Source: an uncultured Acidobacteriota bacterium (GTDB taxonomy: Bacteria; Acidobacteriota; Thermoanaerobaculia; Multivoradales; UBA5704). From it: 64,000 bases of DNA. The stretch is taken from contig CAVYRF010000002.1 of the NCBI GenBank assembly GCA_963770895.1, forward strand, positions 2,208,001 through 2,272,000, read 5' to 3'. Below, one piece after another: positions 17,727 through 28,187 of this stretch. The notes beneath the pieces are model-generated. The model searched no databases. It was not told where the DNA came from and was given only the letters and a program-made list of their open reading frames with translations. Made by a program: the position numbers and the translations under genes. The first letter of the stretch is position 1; each line of letters begins with the position of its first letter.

Positions 17727-18967
17727 GGCAGCGGCCTCCCTTCGCCCGCGCCCGGCGGCAGCAGCAGGCGGAAGACAGTTCCCGCCGCGGAGGTGGCGGC
17801 GAGCTCGAGGTCGCCGCCATGGTCGAGCAGGATCTTGCGCGAGATGGCCAGACCCAGGCCCATGCCTTCGCCGACGCGCCGGGTGGTGGCATAGGGCTCG
17901 AAGAGCCGCCCCCGCACCTGGGGGGCGACGCCCGGGCCGTCGTCGGCGACGTTGAGCACGACCCATTCCGCGCCGGCGGCCCAGCTGAACCGCACGGTGT
18001 TGCCGCCGGCGCTGGCGCTGTTGTCACAGAGGTTGACCAGCACCTGGCGGAGCAGGTCGCGGTCGAACGCCGCCCTGGTCACGGCCGGCGCGGAGGGCGG
18101 CACCCCCGCCGCCTCGCTCGCCGCGGCGCCGTCGATCCGCAGGACCAGGCCGGGCCAGGCGCCGGCGAAGCACAGGGCGAAGTCGCGCACGAAGTCGCCC
18201 AGGTCGCTGTCTTCGAGGCGCGGTCGCGGCAACCGGCCGAAGGATGCAAACTGCTTGGTGAAGCGCGCCAGGCGGTCGACCTCCTGCACGACGCTCGCGG
18301 CGAGCTGCCGCTCCTGGTGGCTCCCCGCGGCTTCCAGGAGGCGGTCGAGCCGGTCGAGCTCGAGGCGCGCCGCGGTGAGCGGCGTGCGCATCTCGTGGGC
18401 GTGCCGGCGCGCCGCTTCCTGCCAGGCGGCCAGGTTTTCCAGCGACGCCAGGCGCCGCCGGTCGCGCGCCATGGTGTGCGAGGCTTCTTCGATCATGTCG
18501 GCCAGGCGCCCCAGGAGGTCGCGCCGCCGCGGCTCTCCCACGCCGATGTCGGTGTCCCCCGCGGCCAGGCGCGCGAGGGCGGCGCGCAGCCGGGCGAGCC
18601 GCGCCTGCTCGCGCGCCTTGGCGATCAGGTAGGCCGCGACCCCCGCCCCCGCCAGGGCGGCGAAGACGACCAGCAGCGCCGTCCGGTACCGTCCGGCGAT
18701 CTCCTCGCGGTTGTACTGCAGGATATGCAGCCGGCCGACCAGCGCCTCGATGCGATCGAAGTGCCGGCGGTAGGCGGCGGCGTGCGCCGGATCGGCTGCC
18801 GCGAGCCGCTTCTGATCGCCCAGGGCGAGCTCCAGCTGGGTCATGACTTCGGGGTGGGTGCCGAACGCGAGCCAGCCCCCGGTGAGCTGGCGCACCGCCA
18901 TCTCGAAGAGCAGCACGGCGCCGCACAGGAGCACGCCGACCACGGCCATCGCGCGCCCGAGGCTCAC
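17723..18967 (-). CDS. Membrane sensor histidine kinase (HAMP, NtrY-like)
   Basis: Two TM segments; AHEMRTPL, NLCDNS, DDGPG, GMGLGL. Confidence 0.92.
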   Translation of the reverse strand: MSLGRAMAVVGVLLCGAVLLFEMAVRQLTGGWLAFGTHPEVMTQLELALGDQKRLAAADPAHAAAYRRHFDRIEALVGRLHILQYNREEIAGRYRTALLVVFAALAGAGVAAYLIAKAREQARLARLRAALARLAAGDTDIGVGEPRRRDLLGRLADMIEEASHTMARDRRRLASLENLAAWQEAARRHAHEMRTPLTAARLELDRLDRLLEAAGSHQERQLAASVVQEVDRLARFTKQFASFGRLPRPRLEDSDLGDFVRDFALCFAGAWPGLVLRIDGAAASEAAGVPPSAPAVTRAAFDRDLLRQVLVNLCDNSASAGGNTVRFSWAAGAEWVVLNVADDGPGVAPQVRGRLFEPYATTRRVGEGMGLGLAISRKILLDHGGDLELAATSAAGTVFRLLLPPGAGEGRPLP

Positions 18968-19704
18968 GGCGGCGCACCTCCGGCCGGCGCCGGCGCCGGA
19001 GCGGCCCCGGCGGCGACGTCGGCGTGCCAGTCGAAGCTGACCACGCTTCGCCGCTTGATCGAGGTGGCGACCAGCATGTCGAGCACACCGCCGACCGGGC
19101 CGGTCGTCACGGTCTCCTCGCTCCGCGTGTCCGCCGCCGGCGCGCCGGCGACCGAACGCGACACCCAGTCCTGGGTCTGCGCCTGCTCACCGCGCGAGAA
19201 AGGGCTCACGGCGAGGTGGGCGACGATGTGCCAGGGTCCCGGCGCGAACGCTCGCCCGGCCGCCAGCACGGGGAGCCGCAGCGCCTGCCACCAGGCGATC
19301 AGGCGGTCGAGCGTCGGCAGGCTGGCCTGCATCCGGCGCCCGTCGCTGCCCACGGCGGTGGCCAGGAAGACTTCGTCCCAGAGCTCGTATCGCACCTCGA
19401 CCAGGCCGCCGCCGCGCGCCTTCTTCCCCTGGGCGTCGGTGGCGGTGACCGAGAGCGCCAGGCTGGTGGTGAGCCCCGAGGTCAAGCGGGGCTTGACCTC
19501 GGAGTGGGACAGGACGTACGCCGGCAGCGCCGCGAACAGCACGCGATCGGCGCCGACCTCGAAAGCCGGCCGCGCCGCAGGCGCGGCAGCCGTGGCAGGC
19601 GCGCCGGCCGGCCCGGCCGCCGGTGGGGCGGTCTGAGGTCCCGGTGCGGCCGCCCCGCGGGCGCCCCGCGCCGCCAGCGTCAGCGCCAGCGCCGCCACGG
19701 TCAC
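18964..19704 (-). CDS. Exported hypothetical protein (DUF4390-like)
   Basis: Signal peptide; VRYELWDEVF; coupled to the kinase gene by a GTGA overlap. Confidence 0.55.
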   Translation of the reverse strand: MTVAALALTLAARGARGAAAPGPQTAPPAAGPAGAPATAAAPAARPAFEVGADRVLFAALPAYVLSHSEVKPRLTSGLTTSLALSVTATDAQGKKARGGGLVEVRYELWDEVFLATAVGSDGRRMQASLPTLDRLIAWWQALRLPVLAAGRAFAPGPWHIVAHLAVSPFSRGEQAQTQDWVSRSVAGAPAADTRSEETVTTGPVGGVLDMLVATSIKRRSVVSFDWHADVAAGAAPAPAPAGGAPP

Positions 19705-19745
19705 GGCTCCTTTCCAATGGGACGGGCCCGCCGCTCGCGCGGCGG

Positions 19746-21005
19746 TCAAGGCGCCACCTGACCCGCATAGGTGAAGGTCAGACGCACCAGGCCCCACTGG
19801 TTGCGGTACACGGCGCCGATGCTGGCCGCGACCTGCGTGAAATACAGCCTGGGGCCGTTGGCAACCACCGGAAAGCCGTGCAGCAGGCTCTTGCCGAGAC
19901 TCGCTTCGAAGCGCAGGTCGCCCAGCCGGCGGCTGGTGGCGTCGTCCCACAGGCTTGCCGAGTAGAGCAGGGCGGCGCTGCCGCCTTCGCCCGAGCCAGG
20001 GTTGAAGTAGAACAGGTAGGTCCCCTGCTCGCGCAGGCCAAACCCCTGGAGATTGACACCCACGGATTGGCGAGAGGTGAGCGGCCAGTAGTTGGTGGCG
20101 CTCAGGTTCAGCTGCTCGACCTGTGCGTAGCCTTTGAAGTTGCCGTAGCCGAAGATCTCGTCGAAATTGGTGTACGAGCCGAGCGCGGTGGCCTCGATGT
20201 CGGCGCCGCGGGTGGGGATGATGGGATCGTCGGTGGTGCGGTAGATCACGCCGACGCTTGTCGCGTAGTCGTTGCTGACCGCGGCGAGGCCGTCGATCGT
20301 GACCTTGGTCCATTGCGGCGAAATGACCAGGGTGAGGTTGGCGCTGAGCGGGATGCCGACAGTGCCGGACAGGTTGGGCACCGACGAAAGGTGCGGGTCC
20401 CAGGACTCGGCGGCTTCCAGCGTCGCATAGCTGCCGTTGCCGAACAGGTTGTACTGCGTGTACCCCACCGACACGGTCTTGGCATCGCCGGCGCCGTAGC
20501 CGACCGATTCGAAGGCGAAGCCGCCGGCGCCGACGAACTGGCGCAGCGACACGGTCTCCTGGCTCGCCCAGTGGAGGCCGGAGATGTTGGTCGGATAGTA
20601 AGGCGGTTGCTGGTAGGTGGCGGTCGGCGTGGCCTCGACGAACAGCGGCCGCGTCTCCTCGACGATCACCACCAGCTCGTAGCTGCCGCGCACCGATCCC
20701 TTGCGCAGCGTGAGGTCGGCTTCGACGACAAAGGGCAGCCGTTTGACGCGGTAGACGGCCTCCTGCAGCTCGCGCTCGGTGTAGCTTTGCCCGGTCTTGA
20801 GGTAGGACTGCGAGATGACGATGGCCTGGGCGCTGCTGCTGTTGACGCCCTCGACCTTGATCGATTCGATGAGGAATCGCGGCGCCTGCGCCGCCGCCGG
20901 CCGGGTTGCCGCCGCGGCAAGCCAGGATGCGAGCGCCATTGCCACGACCGCCGCGAGCCGCGGCAGCTTGAACCTGGGTGAAGCCAAAGAAGCGGAGCGC
21001 CACAT
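19746..21005 (-). CDS. POTRA + beta-barrel outer-membrane protein (BamA/TamA-like)
   Basis: Signal peptide; IESIKVEGV...LKTGQSY...LVVIVEE; DDPIIPTRG; amphipathic strands. Confidence 0.7.
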   Translation of the reverse strand: MWRSASLASPRFKLPRLAAVVAMALASWLAAAATRPAAAQAPRFLIESIKVEGVNSSSAQAIVISQSYLKTGQSYTERELQEAVYRVKRLPFVVEADLTLRKGSVRGSYELVVIVEETRPLFVEATPTATYQQPPYYPTNISGLHWASQETVSLRQFVGAGGFAFESVGYGAGDAKTVSVGYTQYNLFGNGSYATLEAAESWDPHLSSVPNLSGTVGIPLSANLTLVISPQWTKVTIDGLAAVSNDYATSVGVIYRTTDDPIIPTRGADIEATALGSYTNFDEIFGYGNFKGYAQVEQLNLSATNYWPLTSRQSVGVNLQGFGLREQGTYLFYFNPGSGEGGSAALLYSASLWDDATSRRLGDLRFEASLGKSLLHGFPVVANGPRLYFTQVAASIGAVYRNQWGLVRLTFTYAGQVAP

Positions 21006-21209
21006 CGTCGAGTCTCCTTGCTCGGGCCAAGGCCCGTGTTCACTACGACGTGGTGGTCCAGGGCAAGGCGGCTGCCAGTCCGGTCAGGCTCCCGGCACGG
21101 TCCATGGCTCCAGGTTCAAACCCTTCGATCTTCAGCTGCTTACCCCTCCCGCACCGAGACACGGCGGGGATTGCGTGCGCCTTCGCATGCGCAAGTATAC
21201 GCAGACACC

Positions 21210-21227
21210 TGTATGAAGATTCATACA
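21210..21227. promoter_or_regulatory. Inverted repeat TGTATGAA-GA-TTCATACA, candidate operator
   Basis: Perfect 8-bp arms, AT-rich, intergenic, about 200 bp upstream of the BamA-like operon. Confidence 0.45.
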
Positions 21228-21328
21228 CCTGCGGTGGCGCCTCCGGGCGGGTCCGGCGGGCGGTGTCTGGCGGGTCCGGCGGGGTCGGGCGGGGTTGTCG
21301 CTGGCCGGCCCGCCGCCGGGTGGCTGCG

Positions 21329-23167
21329 CTACTCGCCGGCCCAGAGGGCGGGGACGTCGCCGTGGCGGGTTTCGATGGCGATGGAGAGGGGGGCGCCGCT
21401 GGCGGGGAGGTTGACGTGGAGGTGCTGGATGGCGCTGGTGCGCACGTCGAAGGTGCCGAAGCGGATGGATTGGGGGGCGGTGGCGGGACCGGTGATGTGC
21501 TCGGGCAGGTAGAGATAGCCGACGGGGTGGTCGGGGAAACGGACGGTTTCGGCGGTGGGGCCGGTCCAGCGGTATTGGGCCAGCCGGTCGCCGTGCTGGA
21601 AGGTGAGGCGGGCGTAGGTGTAGGGGTAGCCGCCGATCGAGGTGGAGCCCAGGATCTTGCCGCCGGTCCAGGGGCCCAGGAGGTGCTCGAACAGGCGGAT
21701 GGTGGCCTGGAAAGGCTTTGCGACCTGGGGGGCGGGGAGTCCGAAGAGCGTCGCCAGCGGCTCGTAGTCGGCGTGCTGGGCTCCTTCGATGGCGTCCTGG
21801 ACCTTTTGCGAGCGCATCTTCATCAGGTCCTGCTCTTCTTCGTCCTGGCCTTCGAGGAGGAGGGTCAGGCCTTCCTGGCCTTCGGCCCAGACTTGCAGGC
21901 CAAGGCCTGCCAGGGTCAGGCGCAGCTGCTCGCCCGAGGGGAGGGCGAAGCGGCCGGCGCAGCGGCGGAGCTGGGCGGCGTCCAGGCGGATCGCCTGCGG
22001 GGGCTGCGGGTCGGGTTCGTGGAAGTAGCGGCTTTCCAGGTGCGGGCCCATGGAGACGGCGGAGAAGTCGGCTTTGTTGGAGCTGGCGACGAGGACGACC
22101 TGGTCGTCGATATAGCGGCGGACGTCGGTTTCGAAGACGCCGTTGCCGCCGGTGTGCGAAGCCAGCCGCGAGCCGGTGGGGCCGTGAATCATCGACCAGC
22201 CGTAGCCGTAGCGGGAGGGGGTGTTGGGGCCTTCGCGGACGTAGGGGGTGAGGATCTTGCGCCGCTCGTCGGCCGGCAGGACGGTGTTGCCGGCCAGGGC
22301 CAGGTGCCAAAGGTAGAGATCTCCGGTGGTGGAGAGCACGCCGCCGTTGCCGCGCAGGTTCCAGTAGGGGCCGTCGGGGGCCCAGCGGTGGTCGAGCGGG
22401 GTACCCCAGGGGCCGTCCAGACCATAGCCGTGGGCGAGGGTCCAGCGGTCGCGGGCGGGGAGGCGAAAGCCGGTGTGGCGCATGCCGGCGGGCAGGAAGA
22501 GCTGCTGCCGCATGAAGTCGCCCAGGGGCTGGCCGGAGGCGATTTCGACCACGGCGGCGAGCAGGCTGTAGCCGGCGTTCGAGTAGCGGAAACGCTTGCC
22601 CGGCGCGCCCAGCAGGCGGGTCGCGAACAGGCGGCGCACCATTTCGTCGCGCCCCAGCGGCTCGTATTCGGCGCCCAGGACGTCGACGAAGCCGGCGGTG
22701 TGGGTCAGGACCTGGTGGAGGGTGATCGCGGCCTTGTCGGGCGGCGCCGCGGGAAAGAAGCGCGACAGCGGGTCTTCGACGTGGAGCTTGCCTTGCTGTT
22801 CGAGCTTGAGGAGGGCGGCGGCGGTGAACTGCTTGGAGACGGAGGCGATATCGAACAGAGTCCCAGCGGTGTAGGGGGTGCCCGCGTCCTGGTCGGCCCA
22901 GCCGTAGCCCTTGTTGAGCAGGACCTGGCCGTGGCTGGCGACCAGGACCGATCCCGAAAAACCGAAGGCTTCCAGCCGGCGCAGGTAGTCGTCGAAAGCG
23001 GCGCCCACCGGCCCCCGTACGCCGCCGCGGGTGGTGCTCTGCCAGAGAGTGCGGCCGGGATGGTGGCCGGCGAAGACCAGCAGGAGAGCCCCCAGGAGGC
23101 AGGCTGCAGCGGCCCGCGGTGCCGGCCTCGGGCGCGTGCGGCGCGACGAGGAGGGGGCTTCGCCCAT
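21329..23167 (-). CDS. Serine hydrolase, beta-lactamase/AmpC family
   Basis: FDIASVSK (SxxK), LTHTAG, YSNAGY, HTGG. Confidence 0.9.
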   Translation of the reverse strand: MGEAPSSSRRTRPRPAPRAAAACLLGALLLVFAGHHPGRTLWQSTTRGGVRGPVGAAFDDYLRRLEAFGFSGSVLVASHGQVLLNKGYGWADQDAGTPYTAGTLFDIASVSKQFTAAALLKLEQQGKLHVEDPLSRFFPAAPPDKAAITLHQVLTHTAGFVDVLGAEYEPLGRDEMVRRLFATRLLGAPGKRFRYSNAGYSLLAAVVEIASGQPLGDFMRQQLFLPAGMRHTGFRLPARDRWTLAHGYGLDGPWGTPLDHRWAPDGPYWNLRGNGGVLSTTGDLYLWHLALAGNTVLPADERRKILTPYVREGPNTPSRYGYGWSMIHGPTGSRLASHTGGNGVFETDVRRYIDDQVVLVASSNKADFSAVSMGPHLESRYFHEPDPQPPQAIRLDAAQLRRCAGRFALPSGEQLRLTLAGLGLQVWAEGQEGLTLLLEGQDEEEQDLMKMRSQKVQDAIEGAQHADYEPLATLFGLPAPQVAKPFQATIRLFEHLLGPWTGGKILGSTSIGGYPYTYARLTFQHGDRLAQYRWTGPTAETVRFPDHPVGYLYLPEHITGPATAPQSIRFGTFDVRTSAIQHLHVNLPASGAPLSIAIETRHGDVPALWAGE

Positions 23168-23532
23168 GGGTCCGGTTCAGGCCCGGCCCGGCTGTCCGGC
23201 CGCCGGGTTGGGGAGCGGCAGGGGCAGGGCACTCATGCGGTGAGGGGCGGTCGAGATCGGCAAGGTCTGCGCAGTGCCGGCGCATCCCGGCCCGCCGGGT
23301 GCGCGAAGCGCCAGGGAGCCTATCACCACGTGTGCCGCCTTGCCGCCGTCGCATGGCCGGGAGCCTGCCGTTGCAGAAAAGCATCGGAGCCCATGAAAAC
23401 GGCGCGATGGCCTCATCCCTGGAGGGGGGCGGGGGCTGAGGGCGGAACGCCCTCAGCCCAAACACGACCGACCGCTGTCTCGGCACATCTCCATTGCGGG
23501 GAGGATGCGCTGCGAGGGATCAGACCTCAGCC

Positions 23533-24090
23533 TTACGGTTTCGACGCGGCGAGGCTCCTGTCGAACTCGTCCGGGGTGATGAACCCGTTGTGGTCGGTGT
23601 CCATCTGATCGAACTCATATTTCAAGACGGCTGCTTCGTTGGCCTTGGTGGCCTTCATGCCGGCCGGCAGCGAGGTCTTGTCCACGTGGCTCAGCCAGGG
23701 CTTCTTCTGCTTGTGCGCCCAGGCCGACATCTCCTCGTGAGAGATCTTGCCGTCATGATTGGTGTCGATCTCGTCGAACCTCGCCTTGGCCACCTGCTTG
23801 GCCGCGTCACTTTCGCAAGGCGTCGAGAAGTAACACTTGTTGTTCGTATTGTAGGTGTTCATGCCGCATGGCAGGTTGCAGTTGCAGGCAAAGACATTGC
23901 ATACCGGCTCCTGCGCGCCGCATACGCAATTGCTGCTGCCGCTAATGCAGAATTCACAAAGCGTCGAGGTGCAACATGCGGCAGCCGGCGAGGGCGACAG
24001 CATCATGCCGAGCATGAACAGACAGGTCGCAATGCCCAGGGTGACCGCGGTGACGTGACCCTCCCTTGAAAGACAGGAATTCATAGCCAC
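23533..24090 (-). CDS. Secreted Cys-rich protein with two EF-hands
   Basis: Signal peptide; 12 Cys including CNVFACNC; loops DTNHDGKISHEE and DTDHNGFITPDE; GGAG RBS. Confidence 0.8.
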   Translation of the reverse strand: MAMNSCLSREGHVTAVTLGIATCLFMLGMMLSPSPAAACCTSTLCEFCISGSSNCVCGAQEPVCNVFACNCNLPCGMNTYNTNNKCYFSTPCESDAAKQVAKARFDEIDTNHDGKISHEEMSAWAHKQKKPWLSHVDKTSLPAGMKATKANEAAVLKYEFDQMDTDHNGFITPDEFDRSLAASKP

Positions 24091-24447
24091 TTTCTCCTTT
24101 CCGGTCGTGATTCGATCGGGCCATCGTTACGATGAAAGAAGTTGAAGCACAAGCTCGTGAACACATTGTAATAAGACGATGATTGCCGGCCTGGCGCCGA
24201 TCTCGATTACCAGCCGCGCCCCGTCCACCGCCCTGCCGCCCTGCGGCCTTGCCGTCGTGCCCAAGCTCCTGCCGCGGTCATGCCCGGCTCCCGCGGTTCC
24301 CGGGCTCAACGGGGTTCCCGGCGTTCCCGCCCCGGCCTGGTAGACGACACACCTGTCTGCTAGCATCCCAGCGCCGATCCTCTTGATGTCGTGACGGATG
24401 ATGATGGGGACCCCGGACCCGCAGCGCATTCCCAGGAAGGGACGAAC

Positions 24448-25743
24448 ATGCCAGGCAGCCCGCTTCGTGCCGACGCCGTGCCAGCCACCCCTACCACCGT
24501 CCCTCGGCAGTGCACGCACGCACTTCGGGGCGGGCAGCGCCGCCAGCGGTTGGCCGCGGGCCTGTCTGGCCTGGGCCTGATCGCGGTCCTTGCATGCGGC
24601 GCGCTGGCGCTCGCCGTGGCGGCGCCGTCGCCGGCGCTGGCCGATGGCTCCGCGTCCGCAGCCGCGTCCGACGCGGTGGTCGGCCAGGTCCTGCAGATGC
24701 TGCAGGGCGGCGTGACCTCGCCGGTCATCCTGGCCTGGCTGCAAAAGACGGGCAAGCGGCCGGCGGCGATCGAAAGCGCCGACCTGGTAGCGCTGCACAA
24801 GGCGGGCGGCAGCGACCAGCTGCTGGCCAAGCTGATCGACCTGGCGCAGCCGCCGGCGTCGGGGGGGCCGACTTCGCCAGACGCCGGCTCCGCCGCTGCC
24901 GCCGCTCCTCCTCCGGCCCCGCCGGCCGCCGCCGCACCGCGGTCCGCGCCAGCCTCGGCGGCGGCGGCGCGGCCGGCCGCGATCCCGGCGCCTCCGGTGG
25001 CGCCGCCGCCCCCTTCGCCGGCGGCCATCCCGGTGGCGCCTCCGGCACCCCCGTCGGCCGCCGCGATCGCCGCGCCGCCGTCCTCGCCGCCGCCGGCGCC
25101 TGCCGCGCCCCCGGTTGGCGCCGCCGCCGCGGCGGCGGGCGGACCGGTGAACGTGCAGGTTGCGGTCACCTACCGGCCGGTGTTTGCCGAATACGAGGAG
25201 CCCTGGTCGCTGTACGTGTACGTGGACGGCCGGCTGCTCACGGTGGTCGATCCGGGGCCTGCGATGCTGCCGCTGCCCGCCAAGAAGTTCGAGCGGCTGC
25301 TGGAGCCCGGCAAGCACGTGCTGCGCGTGACGCAGGAGCGCCACCGCCGCTACAACCGGATCGTCGGCTATCTCACCCCCTCGCGCGTCGACCCGAACGA
25401 CTTCGCCTTCGAGCTGGTGGCGGGGACGCCGGCGCAGATCCGCATCCACTTCGGCGAAAAGAGCTTCCGCCATCCGGGCCCGGTGTCCGTGCGCATCGAG
25501 CAGGGCGGGCGGGAAATCGTCAACTCGGAGCCGGCGGCGGGCAACGAGGAGACCTGGCAGGCGCTGTGCGAAGACGTCACGGCCAGCATGCCGGCCGACC
25601 AGCCCTTGCGCGGTGCGGCGCGCAAGGACAAGGACCGTTGCGTGGCCTGGCCGGCGCTGTGGCCTTCGGTCGCCGCGGTGCCGTCGCGCGACGAGGTGCG
25701 GGCCGAGATCGATCGCCAGCGCCACGCGCAGGACTCCAAGTAG
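24448..25743 (+). CDS. Exported Pro/Ala-rich hypothetical protein
   Basis: Signal/TM segment, small helical domain, P/A linker, beta-rich C-terminal domain. Confidence 0.65.
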   Translation: MPGSPLRADAVPATPTTVPRQCTHALRGGQRRQRLAAGLSGLGLIAVLACGALALAVAAPSPALADGSASAAASDAVVGQVLQMLQGGVTSPVILAWLQKTGKRPAAIESADLVALHKAGGSDQLLAKLIDLAQPPASGGPTSPDAGSAAAAAPPPAPPAAAAPRSAPASAAAARPAAIPAPPVAPPPPSPAAIPVAPPAPPSAAAIAAPPSSPPPAPAAPPVGAAAAAAGGPVNVQVAVTYRPVFAEYEEPWSLYVYVDGRLLTVVDPGPAMLPLPAKKFERLLEPGKHVLRVTQERHRRYNRIVGYLTPSRVDPNDFAFELVAGTPAQIRIHFGEKSFRHPGPVSVRIEQGGREIVNSEPAAGNEETWQALCEDVTASMPADQPLRGAARKDKDRCVAWPALWPSVAAVPSRDEVRAEIDRQRHAQDSK

Positions 25744-25771
25744 CGCCGCCCCGGCCTCGGTCGATCGGTCC

Positions 25772-28156
25772 ATGAACCGGCCTGGGAAGCCTCGTCGCCT
25801 GCTGGTCGCCGCCGGCTGCACCGCCGGGCTCGCGGCGGCGCTGTGGCTGGTCTCGACTGCGCCCATGTTGTCGCAGCCGCGATCGGCTCGCGATCCACGG
25901 CCGTCGCCGGCGTCGACCGAGCCGCCGCTGCCGGCGTCCTCGGCATCGCAGGCGGCCCTGCCGTCCGCTTCACCGCCCGACCCTGCCCCCGGCTTTTTGG
26001 ACCAGTACTCCGCCTCCCAGCGCTTCACGCTCGGGGCGCCGCAGTCGATCCAGATCGCGCCCGGCGGCGCGGCGGTGGTCTTCCTGCGCTCGGCGCCGCG
26101 CTCGCCGGTGACCGACCTGTACGAACTCGACCCGGCGACGGGCCAGGAGCGCCTGCTGGCGAGCGCCGAGCGGCTGCTGGGCGGCGGTGAAGAGCACCTG
26201 TCGGCCGAGGAGAGGGCGCGGCGCGAGCGCTCGCGGACGGCGACGCGCGGCATCACGTCCTACGATCTGTCGCAGGACGGCACCCGCGTGCTGGTGCCGC
26301 TGTCGGGTCGTCTGTTCGTCGTCGAGCGGCGCTCCGGGGTGGTGCGTGAGCTGCCGTCCGCGGGCGGCTTTCCGCTCGACCCCCGCCTGTCGCCGGACGG
26401 TTCCCGCGTCGCCTGCGTGCGCGACGGCGATCTGCACGTCATGGACGTCGCGACGGGAACGGACCGCCGGCTGACCACCGGCGCCGGCGCCACGCTCAGC
26501 CACGGCCTTGCCGAGTTCGTGGCGCAGGAGGAGATGGGGCGCCGCGAAGGCTACTGGTGGTCGCCGGACGGCGGCACGATCGCCTTCGAGGAGTCGGACA
26601 CCAGCCAGGTCGAGGTGTTCCACATCGCCGACCCGATGCACCCCGATCGGCCCGCCGAGGCGTCGTCCTACCCGCGGCCCGGCCGCAACAACGCGGTGGT
26701 GCGCCTCGGCCTGGTGAGCGCCGCCGGCGGCGCGGTGACGTGGGTCGATTGGGACCGCCAGACGTTCCCGTACCTGGCCGCCGCCACCTGGACGCAGGGC
26801 GGCCCGCTGACGCTGCTGGTGCAGAACCGCGAGCAGACCGAAGAGCGCCTGCTGGCGGTGGCTCCCGGCGGCGGCACCCGCACGCTGCTTGCCGAAAGCG
26901 ATGCGGCGTGGCTCGACATCAACCATTCGGTGCCGCGGTGGCTCCCCGACGGCAGCGGCTTCCTGTGGCTGAGCGAGCGCACCGGCGAAGCGCGCCTGGA
27001 GCTGCGCGCGGCCGACGGCACGCCGCGCCGGCTGTTGACGCCGCCTGGGTTCGGCTTGCAGACGCTGGCCGGCCTGGACCCTGCCGCCGCGGGCGGCGGC
27101 TCGCTGGTGGTGGTGGCGAGCACCGACCCCACGCAGCCGCGGCTGTGGCGCCTGCCGCTCGATGTCGGAGTCGGCGGAGTCGGCGGAGTCGGCGCCGGCG
27201 CCGGTGCCGCCGCGGCGCCGGTCCTGCTCACTCCCGCGCCGGGGGTCTACGGGGCGGTCGTCGCGCGCGACGGGGGCGCCTCGGTCTGGTCGGAGGCGCT
27301 GCTTTCGGGTGAGCGCACCTGGAGCGTGCGGCGGCGCGACGGCAGCGAGGCGGGGCGGCTGCGCTCGGTCCTGGAAGCGGCGCCCTTTTCGCCGCGGCTG
27401 GAGCTGACGACGCTCGGTCCGCTGGGTTTTCACGCCGCCCTGGTGCGCCCGCGCACGTTCACGGCGGGGCACAAGTATCCGGTGCTGGTGCGCGTCTACG
27501 CCGGCCCCGGCGTGCGTCTGACCGAGGCCGCGCCGCGCACCTACCTGCTGGATCAGTGGATGGCCGACCACGGCTTCATCGTGTTCAGCATGGACGGGCG
27601 CGGCACGCCCGGGCGCGGCCGGGATTGGGAGCGCGTGATCAAGGGCAGCTTGATCGAGGTGCAGCTGGCCGACCAGGTGGCCGGTCTGCAGGCGGCGGGG
27701 GCGAAATATCCCGAGATGGACCTGTCGCGGGTGGGGATCGTCGGCTGGTCGTTCGGCGGCTATTTTTCCGCCATGGCGGCGATGCGGCGCCCCGACGTGT
27801 ACCGGGCGGCGGTCGCCGGCGCTCCGGTCTGCGACTGGCACGACTACGACACCCACTACACGGAGCGCTACCTGGGCCTGCCGCAGACCAACCCGACAGG
27901 GTACCGCGACAGCTCGGTGCTGACCTATTGTCCCAACCTGCGGGTGCCGCTGCTGGTGGTGCATGGCACCGCCGACGACAACGTGTATTTCATGCACAGC
28001 CTCAAGCTGACCGACGGCCTGTTTCGCGCCGGCCGGCCCTACGACTTTCTGGTGCTGCCGGGCTTCACCCACATGGTCCCGGACGCCGCGGTGCAGCGCG
28101 CCCTGCAGGATCGCATCATGAGCTTCTTCGTCGCCCACTTGGGCGTCGCCAGCTGA
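25772..28156 (+). CDS. S9B dipeptidyl peptidase IV family protein
   Basis: AEFVAQEEM, GWSFGG, YDTHYTERY, HGTADDNV, catalytic His in FTHM. Confidence 0.95.
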   Translation: MNRPGKPRRLLVAAGCTAGLAAALWLVSTAPMLSQPRSARDPRPSPASTEPPLPASSASQAALPSASPPDPAPGFLDQYSASQRFTLGAPQSIQIAPGGAAVVFLRSAPRSPVTDLYELDPATGQERLLASAERLLGGGEEHLSAEERARRERSRTATRGITSYDLSQDGTRVLVPLSGRLFVVERRSGVVRELPSAGGFPLDPRLSPDGSRVACVRDGDLHVMDVATGTDRRLTTGAGATLSHGLAEFVAQEEMGRREGYWWSPDGGTIAFEESDTSQVEVFHIADPMHPDRPAEASSYPRPGRNNAVVRLGLVSAAGGAVTWVDWDRQTFPYLAAATWTQGGPLTLLVQNREQTEERLLAVAPGGGTRTLLAESDAAWLDINHSVPRWLPDGSGFLWLSERTGEARLELRAADGTPRRLLTPPGFGLQTLAGLDPAAAGGGSLVVVASTDPTQPRLWRLPLDVGVGGVGGVGAGAGAAAAPVLLTPAPGVYGAVVARDGGASVWSEALLSGERTWSVRRRDGSEAGRLRSVLEAAPFSPRLELTTLGPLGFHAALVRPRTFTAGHKYPVLVRVYAGPGVRLTEAAPRTYLLDQWMADHGFIVFSMDGRGTPGRGRDWERVIKGSLIEVQLADQVAGLQAAGAKYPEMDLSRVGIVGWSFGGYFSAMAAMRRPDVYRAAVAGAPVCDWHDYDTHYTERYLGLPQTNPTGYRDSSVLTYCPNLRVPLLVVHGTADDNVYFMHSLKLTDGLFRAGRPYDFLVLPGFTHMVPDAAVQRALQDRIMSFFVAHLGVAS

Positions 28157-28187
28157 CCGCGCAACCCCCGCAAGCCTGCCGTCGTCG

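Noticed and set aside
27164-27210. GGAGTCGGC tandem repeats in the DPP IV gene
   Set aside because: Short in-frame low-complexity loop expansion (GVG), typical of this genome.
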